Shown here one piece after another: positions 33,335-42,436 of a stretch of 64,000 nt of DNA. The position numbers and the translations under genes are program-made. Origin of the DNA: Nitrospirota bacterium (GTDB lineage Bacteria > Nitrospirota > UBA9217). The notes beneath the pieces were generated by a model. The model had not been told where the DNA came from and searched no databases. It saw only the letters and a program-made list of their open reading frames with translations. The stretch covers positions 256,001 to 320,000 of the forward strand of contig CAWCKW010000003.1 of the NCBI GenBank assembly GCA_963796285.1, written 5' to 3'. How positions within the stretch are numbered: the stretch's first letter is position 1; every line of letters begins with the position of its first letter.

Positions 33335-34519
33335 CTAGCTGGTCCCCAGCTTGAAATTAAACACCCCCTTGAGATGATACTGGGGCGCGGGATCAATTGA
33401 TGAATCATTGTCAACCAGGGTAACATCAAAATCACCCGTTGCCTGGGACGCCGCTGAATCAGACGAAAAGGTGATGGTCCCCTGGCTCACTTTTTTCAGC
33501 GTGGATTTCTCCCCATTGAAGACCAGGAACGTGCCCGGGAATTTCTCGTATTGAGGGTTGTCTTCAATGGAAAACGTTTTGCCTCCGACGCTCGGCATGA
33601 CGCCATTGTCCGATTTCAGAATGTCGATCCTGATGACGGTCTTGAACGCCGGGTCCCAGGCATTTTCCGCAACATCGGCCTGAATCGACCAATAGGAGTT
33701 GTTGTTCGTTGAGTAATAGTAATTGGGCTGAATAAGCCCGTACTCGTCATAGGTGACCGTTAAATAGTTGGTATGCGCCGGGTCCTGATCGACATTCGAG
33801 GCAGTGGACGCCGTGCTGGTTCCGGTTGCAGCACTTGCCGCTGCAGTACTGGATGAGGCTTGGCCGCCACCGCTGCCGCATGCAGCCAGAAGCGCGACCA
33901 GTACTGCGGTCACGAACATGTGCTGCAGGTGGATCCCGTGCTTTATGTGGTGGGGCTCGGCATACCCCTCTTCAATGAGCACCTCGCCAAGCTTTTTCCG
34001 GGAACCTGTCTGCTTGCGGAGGGCATCATCAAGCTGATTTCGGGAGATGGTACCTGATGAGACCAGGATCTCTCCGAGCTTAAGCGGGCCGGGGACCGGT
34101 TTCGCATTACCCTGGTTCTGTTGAAAATCGAGCACGCCGTGCAGCTCTCGCTCCGTAAGCAGGCCCTGGCGAACCAGGACCTCGCCGAGCTTCTCGCCGC
34201 TTCTTTGTTGCTCGGCAATGGCATGCTCAAGCTGTTCACTCGTGATGCGTCTTGCCTGAACGAGCAGTTCGCCCAGCAGCCGGCGAACACCCGCGGCAAG
34301 CTTGACCGCGTCCTCGACGCGGTCGAGATGTTCCTGTACTGCAAGGGCCACTTTGATGTCCGCCGGATCAAGAATATTCATCCTGACCAGGACCTGACCC
34401 AGGCGTTCGTTGGTATTCTTTTGCTCCTCCAAAGCTGCCGCGATGTTCTGCTGGGGCAGAAATCCACCATCGATCAAGATCTGTCCGATGAAGCGCCTAT
34501 TGTGTTTTTGTTTCAACAT
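33335..34519 (-). CDS. Triple MshEN-like (c-di-GMP-binding) protein with internal lipobox-like segment and extracytoplasmic domain
   Basis: Six (R/K/F)(L/I)Gxx(L)..G.....L..AL..Q half-motifs, then FVTAVLVALLAAC-GSGG, an S/T/A linker and a beta-rich domain. AGGAG RBS before ATG 34519. Confidence 0.75.
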   Translation of the reverse strand: MLKQKHNRRFIGQILIDGGFLPQQNIAAALEEQKNTNERLGQVLVRMNILDPADIKVALAVQEHLDRVEDAVKLAAGVRRLLGELLVQARRITSEQLEHAIAEQQRSGEKLGEVLVRQGLLTERELHGVLDFQQNQGNAKPVPGPLKLGEILVSSGTISRNQLDDALRKQTGSRKKLGEVLIEEGYAEPHHIKHGIHLQHMFVTAVLVALLAACGSGGGQASSSTAAASAATGTSTASTASNVDQDPAHTNYLTVTYDEYGLIQPNYYYSTNNNSYWSIQADVAENAWDPAFKTVIRIDILKSDNGVMPSVGGKTFSIEDNPQYEKFPGTFLVFNGEKSTLKKVSQGTITFSSDSAASQATGDFDVTLVDNDSSIDPAPQYHLKGVFNFKLGTS

Positions 34520-34701
34520 GGGTTGCTCCTTTGCGCTGTCACCTGCCGCGCTGTGCTCCTGGTTTCGTGATTTCGAAAATAACCGTTTACGGATAGAGTC
34601 CGTTCGTCCGATACTCCTGCAGGAAGTATGACAATTTTCATCCCTGTGTCCTGTGCGTTTTCCCTCAGATTCGTATTTGCCCATACTATCCTGCTTTCTT
34701 T

Positions 34702-37700
34702 TTACTGGCCGCTGAACCACTTGACGGCATCTCGTATGCTCATCTGGTCAAACTTCATTCTCAGCTTGATGAACGGACCCGCGCTGGTGAAATCAGACTG
34801 GGAGAAGTCGCGGTCCTTAAATCCGGTGAAATTATATCCCAGGCTGATCCATATATTGCTCCCCGCGTTAAAGCCCACGGACGCCCCGGTCCCGAACGTC
34901 TCCTGGTTGATGCTGTAGGAGTGGAGCCGCATGCCGCGCAGGCCTGCATCCCACGTCTTTGTGATATCATAACGGCCCTCCAGCCCGATCAGGTCCGTGT
35001 ATCCGCGATAATCGCTATCATCGATGGTTTCCAGGACGTATTTTGCTCCATACTGCAGGGAAACCTGGGTCCTTTCGTCCGTCTTGATGTTCGCGACGAG
35101 ATTGTTCACGACGCGCTGGTTGTTGTCATAGGTCACGGTCCCGCCGTCCTGCTTATCGACGAGAAAATCGAGGCGGTCCAGAATAATGAGGCTGGTCGTG
35201 ACCGGGCGGTATGCCAGGCTCAGCCTAAGATCGTCGCTTTGCGTATGCTGCCCGGTCGAGTCAACGGTGCGGAACATTTGCAGTCCGGCCGCGAGCGCGA
35301 ATCCGCCCCCCACCTCGCCGTTCGCACCCGTGAACAGGCCATACTTGTCCTCTGAATCCGAATTGCGCTTCTCGACCCGCGCTGTCCATGACCATTTTTC
35401 CTGATGGAATCCGGCGCCGAGGGAGATTGCGGTGAAGTCCTCGCTGCTGGTTGATGTGGACGTATCATCGGTGCTCGTGGTGGACGTAGCCGTGCTGCGC
35501 AGTGTCTGGCTTCGGTCCAGGCTGCCGTCCACGCTCCACTGTTTTGTGATCTGCCAGGACTGCTTCAGGCCTGTGGTGGCGAAGAGCCGCACGCCGTTCT
35601 CGGTCGACTGCTGCTCCATGGTGGACCCGATCTGACCACCGGTCCACGGCGATGTCCTGACCCCGATCCGCGTGGTCGCGGTGTCTAACGCGGAGCCTTG
35701 CGTCCACTCCTGGTCCGCGTAGATCGTAGATTTCTCATTGAGCTTGTAGTCCGCCCCGACGGTTGTCTTTGTGGGATACTCAACGTTGTTGTTCGCTCCG
35801 ATGGACTGATCCCGATTGATCCGGATCGCGGTCTTATCGGTCACCTGGTCCTTTACGCCGGCGAAGATCTGGTCGGACCGTTGCGTCTCGCCGAAGCTCT
35901 GCGTCTCGTCGGTGCTTAGGGTGTCTATAGCCTGGCGCAGGCCCGCCGTCAGTGTATACCGGCCCACCGCGTAATTGCTCCGGACCTCGGCCATGTCGCG
36001 AACCGCGCCGGTGGACAAGTCGTTCTGCTCGAACACCTCACCGCTGACGGTCCACGGCTTGTTGATCCGGTAATTGAGGTCCGCCCCGACCTTCCGGGTT
36101 CCCGACTCGCTGGCGTTCTGCTGACCGAGTCCGAACCCGACTTGCTGTTCCCGAACGTATGCCTTCCCCTCCACTTTTTCAGAACGGTGCTGCAACTCCG
36201 CGAGATACGCGTCGCCGTTGCTCGTGACACCGTCCTGGTCCGTCTTTGTCGTGGCGGCCTCGGCCCGGAGCGTATCGTGCTCACCGAGCTTGATCTTCGC
36301 ATCGACCCCCTCGAGATTGCCCGAACCACCCACCTGGCCCTCGTGGACATGGGAGGCGCCGACCTCGAGACGGCTGTCGAGGAACCGTGCCGCGACGCGG
36401 CCGCCATAGTTGTATTTCTTGTCCGAGTCGTCAAAGGAATCATATTCCGCAACAATGAAAATTGGATTGAAATCCCCGTCACTGCTGTTCACCGGACTCT
36501 TGAAGAAAATGGTCCCGGCATCGTAGTCGATGGTATAGTCAAGTTGGTTGGTCAGCTGTTGGCTCGAAAGAATGACCTCGCTCTTGAACCGGTCCCGGGT
36601 CTCGAGTGTGATCGTATCGGAATTGAGCACAATATTCTTCCGGGACAGGTGATACAGTCCCGAGGTGCCGTCTCCCGATAACTCGTCCCGCACGTGCGCC
36701 TGGTTCGTATCCGCAAGAAAAACGGCATATTCGTAATCCTTGGTCTTCATCTCCGATTTGAACCCGGTGAAGTTCCGGCTGTACCGTGAAAGCTCGGTAA
36801 GGGAAAGGCCGGCGTTGAAATCGCCGAACAGGGCATAGAACTGGTCGCGCTCCAGCTTGACATAGATGTGCTTTGCGCTGGCTGCGTCGTTGCTCTGCAT
36901 TGTACCGTCGCCATACAACGTGTAATATTTATTTGGATCGATGGTCTGGTACAGGCTCGCCTGGTCCGTGCTGTCTGTTTTTTTGCTGTCATAGGCCAGC
37001 GTAAGCAGCCACTCGCCCTTGATCCTGCCTTTGGCATAAAAGGCCAAACGGTCCTCTTCGAAGTATTTATCATCACCACTCCCGGACGCGAAGGTCTCCA
37101 TGTTGCCCTTCACTGCATTGTATCCCACCGTGCCTTCGGCCAGGCCGACGAGGACCCAATCCCGGTCCCCCGGCTTGAGCCACGTTCGGATTTCCTGGGT
37201 CGTGCCATCGGCAACCTGGAAGCGGAGGACTGCTTCACCGGTCTGCATGGTCGGCTGGAGCTCGATGAGGGCAATGCCGTTCTCTCCCACATGATATTTC
37301 TGGCGATCGTTGGTCGACGCGGTCAAGGGGTTCTGCTGGAGGTCTTCGACCCGCTGGCGCGCAAGATACGGCGGATCCACCCTGTACTCGCCCATGACGC
37401 CCTCCCGCGCGGGATGACCTTCCTTGTCGGTCAGCAGGACGGCTATGACCGGCGCATTCTTGCCGTCCGCCGCGAGTTTTGACTGTGCGGGAACAAATTC
37501 CGCCTTGACCGGAGACCCCGAATAATGCATGACCCGCTTCACGCGGGAAGTCTCGGTTTTGTTTTCATCGTATTCCACGCCCTCGAAAAGATTGTCGCCG
37601 TCAATCAAATGGATGCCTCTCCAGAAACTGACCGCAACTCTGTTGTCTTGCCGCGCGGTCGTGTTGTCGAGATAAAACGCGTCCACTTCCTCTCCGTTCA

Positions 37701-40536
37701 GGAACAGTTTAAATGATTTCGAGGGATCGTGTTTGATCACGATATTCGTGCTCGCGATCGGGGGATGGTATCCCTCAGAAGGCCAGAGCCAGGACAAACC
37801 TATCTGCGACTTCTCCATCCAGTCCACATCGTAATCGGGCATGGTTTTGCCGTCTTTTTCCTTTGCCCTCTGGTCCGGGGCCCATTCTTCACCCTGCGCC
37901 AGGCCAGTGATCGACACGGTCTTCTTGCCGCTCGTTTCCTTGTCGTTGCGGATAGAGGTCCAGGCGGAATCCCTGCGCGTGTCGAACGTGGGATGGAGCG
38001 CGACGTCGGGTTCGCTCGTCTGACGCTTCAACTCATAGCGGACAAGGTTCGTGTCAGCCACGGGAGTCTTCACTCCTTTTTCCGCCGGAGTGTCGAAAAC
38101 CAGGAACGCCTTCGTGGACAGATTTCCTTCAACACCGTGCGCCGGCGCTGTCGCGAGTAAAGCGACGGACCCCTCCCACCCGGCGGGCCGCTCGCCCAGA
38201 TGATAGGTCAGGACGCCATCGCCGAGGTCAGGATCGGGGACCCGACCGTCAGTCAGACTGCTGCTTCCCGCCGCGTACGATACGCCGTCCGGCATCATCA
38301 CGATCAGCCGGAGGTTCCGCACCGGGACCGCTCCCACATGCAGGTTGGCCGAGTAAGCGAGGGTGTACCGGCCGTTCGCGTCCGGGAGAAGGCAATTCTC
38401 GTTCACGAATGGCACCATGGCCGCATCATCGTTATTGCCGTTCACGTACGGCTTCGCGGTGCCGGTCTGGGCCATGGCCGGGGAATTCTTCTTCTGTTCG
38501 CCGAAAGGAGTACACGTTTGGGCCGCAGCCAGGGAAGCCCCCGGCTCAACGTCAACAGGGTTAATCGACCCGGTCCGGGTCGTGACCAGAGAGGTCCGCA
38601 GTTCAAGGCCAACCTCGCCGGTCTGTTTCGCTTTCGGAGGACGGAGCGCCAGATGGAAATCGGCCCTCCACAAGGTGCCGCCTTGCAAATCCACGAACTG
38701 CGAAAAAGACCTGCCCGCGAAACGCGTGTTGTCCTCGCACTGCGCGGACTCGTATTGATCGGGTACCGTGACCGTATCAAGCTGCACCACGTGGGTCCCC
38801 GCGTTAACAGCCGCAAAGTGATACATCCCGTTCTTGTCGGTCACGACATAGGACCCTTCCTCGAGGAAGATGCGGACCCCTGCGATGCCGCGCCCGTTGT
38901 CGCCGCAGCCGTCGAGGACTCGGCCGACAATGGTCGTCTTGGTCATAAAGAAGTCCTCGGTCACCTGGACCGTGGTTGTTGCCGTATTGGATTTCACTCC
39001 AGAGGTGCTGTTCGCCACGGCCGTGTTCACTGCCTTGCCAAGGTTGGCGCCCGCGCCTACCTCCGTGACATAGCTGACATCCGCCGTTGCCGCGGCGGCG
39101 AGATCGCCGACCGTAAAAGTTAAGCTCCGGCCGTCTCCGGAGATCGCAGGATCGGTCGCGCGGACGCTGTTCAGGCGCACCGACCCTTTTCGGTACCGGA
39201 AACCAACCGGCAGCCGGTCAATAATCGTCACCCCCGCTGCTGCAGCGGATTTGTTGATGTTCTCCACCGTGAGTGCGTAGGGAACAAAGTCGCCGATTGC
39301 CGCCGAGGCCTTGCCTGCGGATTTGATCAGATAGAGCTGGGTGCTTGCCGGATCCGTGGGAATATCAATGCGGATAGCGGGCCCCGCGTTCACCACGAAC
39401 TCCTCGCTTCGCGAGCCGGGCTCGGCAATTGCGAAGGGGCCGCCCGACAGTGCCTGCAGAACGGCAGTCGCAACGTTCGAGGGAGACCGGTATCCAGAGG
39501 GCGGCAGGACATCGAGGCGATAGTGGCCCGGGCTGATGAAGGGGAAACGATAACCGCCCGGGGTCAGGGAATAGACCTTGCCGCTGCTGTCCACCGCTGT
39601 ACCGCCGGTGGTGAGGGTGGAAGGAAAGGTCGCGACACCGTCATCACCATACACGGTCGCGGGACTGCCCGTGGCGGTGTTCACGAGGGTGACGCTCGCC
39701 CCGTCGACAGGCTGGCCGGTCGCGCTGTTGAAAACGATCCCAAAGGGATCAACGAGCGCCGAGACGGAAGTCTTGTCAACGGGATCGGACGGGTCTGTAT
39801 AGGAAACAATGACGTTCGAGTCGTTCACCATGCTGAGCATGCCGTTGTTCAGCGTGACCGACTGGGACGTGGATTGAATATATCCGAGGAACACGCCGGT
39901 ATTGGGGCCCGTCTCCGTGAGGCGGAGCACCTCGGTGTCGCCTGTCTTGTCGTCGCGGATCGTTACGACAGCGGTCTCCGCGAGGGCAGGATCGTTGTTC
40001 TGGTCTTTGTCGGTCAGGCGGATGAAGACCGGTTCGCCCGTGTGATATTGGGTCGGTGAAACAAGCGGCACCGGCTGGTTGATGTCAATGGCCGCGGAAG
40101 AGCCGGCAGGAACCGGCGCGCCGAGGACAACAAAGGGCCCCGCGGTGTTTCCACTGGGACTGTACGATGTCGGTTTTACCGTGAGCTGTTGAACGCCGGT
40201 TGCGCCAGGCGCGTACTCCAGAAATTCTATGACCGCAGTCGTCCGCTGGACCATGGACGTCACTGACGCCGCTGGAGACGTTACGGTTACCGGACTGCCC
40301 GCGGATGCGGGTGTATACGTCGCGGTTGCGACATTGGTGATGATCGTGCCGGAAGGTGTGCTCGACCAGCCGACGGATGAGAACAGATGAATGAATAGGA
40401 ATGATAACATCAAAATAACTATGGGAGAAAAAACCGGGACCGCTCCGGCGAACAGGCGCACCCCGGTTGTGCCTTCACCCTCGTGCGTGAAGGTACGGTC
40501 GGTTTGCGCGCCATTTGTGCTGAAGCGGTCCCTCAT
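34702..40536 (-). CDS. Giant (1944 aa) outer-membrane protein: N-terminal donor-like strand, carboxypeptidase-regulatory/DUF11/SdrD-like domains, C-terminal beta-barrel region
   Basis: Signal segment followed by STPSGTIITNVATATY. Complete DUF11 (LIKS..VTIIDRLP..KAVNTAVA). RLAFYAKGRIKGEWLLTLAYDS..YYTLYGD. Amphipathic strands ending in GYNFTGFKDRDF..LRMKFDQ. Confidence 0.8.
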   Translation of the reverse strand: MRDRFSTNGAQTDRTFTHEGEGTTGVRLFAGAVPVFSPIVILMLSFLFIHLFSSVGWSSTPSGTIITNVATATYTPASAGSPVTVTSPAASVTSMVQRTTAVIEFLEYAPGATGVQQLTVKPTSYSPSGNTAGPFVVLGAPVPAGSSAAIDINQPVPLVSPTQYHTGEPVFIRLTDKDQNNDPALAETAVVTIRDDKTGDTEVLRLTETGPNTGVFLGYIQSTSQSVTLNNGMLSMVNDSNVIVSYTDPSDPVDKTSVSALVDPFGIVFNSATGQPVDGASVTLVNTATGSPATVYGDDGVATFPSTLTTGGTAVDSSGKVYSLTPGGYRFPFISPGHYRLDVLPPSGYRSPSNVATAVLQALSGGPFAIAEPGSRSEEFVVNAGPAIRIDIPTDPASTQLYLIKSAGKASAAIGDFVPYALTVENINKSAAAAGVTIIDRLPVGFRYRKGSVRLNSVRATDPAISGDGRSLTFTVGDLAAAATADVSYVTEVGAGANLGKAVNTAVANSTSGVKSNTATTTVQVTEDFFMTKTTIVGRVLDGCGDNGRGIAGVRIFLEEGSYVVTDKNGMYHFAAVNAGTHVVQLDTVTVPDQYESAQCEDNTRFAGRSFSQFVDLQGGTLWRADFHLALRPPKAKQTGEVGLELRTSLVTTRTGSINPVDVEPGASLAAAQTCTPFGEQKKNSPAMAQTGTAKPYVNGNNDDAAMVPFVNENCLLPDANGRYTLAYSANLHVGAVPVRNLRLIVMMPDGVSYAAGSSSLTDGRVPDPDLGDGVLTYHLGERPAGWEGSVALLATAPAHGVEGNLSTKAFLVFDTPAEKGVKTPVADTNLVRYELKRQTSEPDVALHPTFDTRRDSAWTSIRNDKETSGKKTVSITGLAQGEEWAPDQRAKEKDGKTMPDYDVDWMEKSQIGLSWLWPSEGYHPPIASTNIVIKHDPSKSFKLFLNGEEVDAFYLDNTTARQDNRVAVSFWRGIHLIDGDNLFEGVEYDENKTETSRVKRVMHYSGSPVKAEFVPAQSKLAADGKNAPVIAVLLTDKEGHPAREGVMGEYRVDPPYLARQRVEDLQQNPLTASTNDRQKYHVGENGIALIELQPTMQTGEAVLRFQVADGTTQEIRTWLKPGDRDWVLVGLAEGTVGYNAVKGNMETFASGSGDDKYFEEDRLAFYAKGRIKGEWLLTLAYDSKKTDSTDQASLYQTIDPNKYYTLYGDGTMQSNDAASAKHIYVKLERDQFYALFGDFNAGLSLTELSRYSRNFTGFKSEMKTKDYEYAVFLADTNQAHVRDELSGDGTSGLYHLSRKNIVLNSDTITLETRDRFKSEVILSSQQLTNQLDYTIDYDAGTIFFKSPVNSSDGDFNPIFIVAEYDSFDDSDKKYNYGGRVAARFLDSRLEVGASHVHEGQVGGSGNLEGVDAKIKLGEHDTLRAEAATTKTDQDGVTSNGDAYLAELQHRSEKVEGKAYVREQQVGFGLGQQNASESGTRKVGADLNYRINKPWTVSGEVFEQNDLSTGAVRDMAEVRSNYAVGRYTLTAGLRQAIDTLSTDETQSFGETQRSDQIFAGVKDQVTDKTAIRINRDQSIGANNNVEYPTKTTVGADYKLNEKSTIYADQEWTQGSALDTATTRIGVRTSPWTGGQIGSTMEQQSTENGVRLFATTGLKQSWQITKQWSVDGSLDRSQTLRSTATSTTSTDDTSTSTSSEDFTAISLGAGFHQEKWSWTARVEKRNSDSEDKYGLFTGANGEVGGGFALAAGLQMFRTVDSTGQHTQSDDLRLSLAYRPVTTSLIILDRLDFLVDKQDGGTVTYDNNQRVVNNLVANIKTDERTQVSLQYGAKYVLETIDDSDYRGYTDLIGLEGRYDITKTWDAGLRGMRLHSYSINQETFGTGASVGFNAGSNIWISLGYNFTGFKDRDFSQSDFTSAGPFIKLRMKFDQMSIRDAVKWFSGQ

Positions 40537-40549
40537 AACAATCGGTCAG

Positions 40550-40579
40550 GCCCCCTGCCCGAGCCACTTGGCAGGGGGC
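40550..40579 (-). terminator. GC-rich stem-loop between the putative major pilin and the OM protein gene
   Basis: GCCCCCTGCC-10 nt-GGCAGGGGGC perfect 10-bp stem, no U-tract. More likely an mRNA-stabilising or attenuating hairpin than a full terminator. Confidence 0.5.
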
Positions 40580-40593
40580 GTCATCTCTTCCTC

Positions 40594-41679
40594 CTACTGG
40601 ATAGTAGCCTGGTACACAATGGTCGCTGTTTGACCCGTGGCAAGAGAACTTATCGTGGCTGTCAGCGTTTGGCCGGCCCAACTGCTGGATCCGCTGCCGC
40701 CGGTAAGACAGGCCCAACCGCCACTGGCTATATTCGCCCTTGCCTGTCCCGCACATCCGGAGCCGCCGCCGGCAGTTACGCTGGTCCACGCCGCGGTAAC
40801 GGGCACTAACGTTGCCGTCAGTGCGTCGGTGACCGTAACGGCTGTTGCGGTGCTCTGGCCCGCGGGGTTATTGATCACTACGAGATACTCCATGATAGCC
40901 CCGGGTATCGCCTTCGGGGTTGACGTGCCGTTGATCGGATCGCTGTACACGACCGACGACTTGCTGACCGTCAGGTTCGTCAGGGCCGCATGATAAGCGC
41001 TCCTTGCTGAATGCTTGCCGTCTCCGGCAGGATCATCCGTACCCGCAACATCGCCCAACACCACGTCCGCGGTGCATGTTCCATATGCGCTGGTAATGGT
41101 ACTGGTATTGTTCGCCTCAGCCGTCGTCCCGTCGACTTTATAGGCCTGGGCACGCAGCGCGTAAACTGCATAGGCGCCGTTGGTCAACCCCGCCGGCATG
41201 GTCGCAATAATGGTCACGGTCGTGGAAGAACCCGCTGACACTATCGCTGTGGCGGCGGCCGATGCCGCGTAGCTTTGTGCGTTAAAAGCATCGGTCACCG
41301 TATTGTTTCCGGAGAAGACAGACGTTGTAGAACCGGATACTTCCTCGACTGCGGTCAAAGCATACGTCTGATTTGCGTTGCCGTTGTTCGTTATCGTGAA
41401 CGTCAACACCGCGCCTGATTGATTCGAAACAACCGATACGCCCGGCGAGGCATCAGTGGTCGTCACCGTGAGGTTGACCCGGTTGCCCACCACAATAGTA
41501 CTCGTATTGGAGCTGACCACCGCCTGCGCGAACCCCCCCACATTGTACGCGACAGCAGCTGTGTTGCCGATCGGGGTACAGGCCGGGGTAAACGCCGCCA
41601 TGGCTGCTTGCGGCACTGCCAGCGCTATGACCAGGCACAGAAGCAATCCGACGATTATTGGAACTTGTCTCATTTTCAT
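40594..41679 (-). CDS. Secreted DUF11 protein (putative major pilin)
   Basis: Signal peptide, then FTPACTPIGNTAAVAY. C-terminal DUF11 (LTVSKSS..KAIPGAIMEY..VTVTDAL) ends at TIVYQATIQ. AGGAGAG RBS. Confidence 0.8.
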   Translation of the reverse strand: MKMRQVPIIVGLLLCLVIALAVPQAAMAAFTPACTPIGNTAAVAYNVGGFAQAVVSSNTSTIVVGNRVNLTVTTTDASPGVSVVSNQSGAVLTFTITNNGNANQTYALTAVEEVSGSTTSVFSGNNTVTDAFNAQSYAASAAATAIVSAGSSTTVTIIATMPAGLTNGAYAVYALRAQAYKVDGTTAEANNTSTITSAYGTCTADVVLGDVAGTDDPAGDGKHSARSAYHAALTNLTVSKSSVVYSDPINGTSTPKAIPGAIMEYLVVINNPAGQSTATAVTVTDALTATLVPVTAAWTSVTAGGGSGCAGQARANIASGGWACLTGGSGSSSWAGQTLTATISSLATGQTATIVYQATIQ

Positions 41680-41924
41680 GTTGCTCTCCTTTGGTTTATA
41701 ATTCACTGTAAGCTTCCTGGATCGTTATTGTTGTCATGCCGAAAATACCGGCTCGATCGATTACTTCGCCTTTTCACACACTCGGTGATTTCGGGCTATG
41801 GCGGATTTTCTATGCACCATTGCTGTTTCATAATCCTTACCTCCTAAATTTTTTTTAAATTCAAAGCTGAGAACCTTAAATCCTTAGAAGTTGTTCAGTT
41901 TAATACATTTGCCGGAACGTTCGT

Positions 41925-42419
41925 CTATTGCACCCTGGCCCTGAAGGAAACACTGCCCTTAGCGCCTTTTTGCAAGGGTTTCTCAATGGTCCATCGTATA
42001 TGTGTGTAATCCGCCGCCGCCGCGCGCCGCTCCTTCCCGTCGGAGGACGTTACCTTCAATTTATCGGCCGCCGCGTAGGTCTTGCCCTTGTCAACGGAAA
42101 ATTCGATCCTCGTCCCATTGCCCTCGGCCGTGCCGTCCACGTAGAGCATGTGCTCGGGCACCGGATTTTTTATAACAACATCGGTTGCCGGCTTATCTCC
42201 GGCATAGGTATAATTATTGGTAAAAATGACCGTTTGTCCGGGCGCGACATTCCTAGTCGTGGCATCGATCCGTTTCACCTCCTTTTTGCCCTCAGCATTG
42301 GTCTGCGTAACTTCAACCTCGGATACCGTTTTGATATCGAGTACGCCTTTTTGCTGCGCCCACACCGCCGCCGGCGCGAGAAGCGCAGCGGTAAATACCA
42401 GATACAATACTTTTTTCAT
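41925..42419 (-). CDS. Small secreted single-DUF11 protein
   Basis: Signal peptide; VAPGQTVIF..DVVIKNPVPEHMLYVDGTA..YTHIRW..VSFRARVQ; GAGGAGG RBS. Confidence 0.8.
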   Translation of the reverse strand: MKKVLYLVFTAALLAPAAVWAQQKGVLDIKTVSEVEVTQTNAEGKKEVKRIDATTRNVAPGQTVIFTNNYTYAGDKPATDVVIKNPVPEHMLYVDGTAEGNGTRIEFSVDKGKTYAAADKLKVTSSDGKERRAAAADYTHIRWTIEKPLQKGAKGSVSFRARVQ

Positions 42420-42436
42420 AGTCCTATCCTCCTCGT

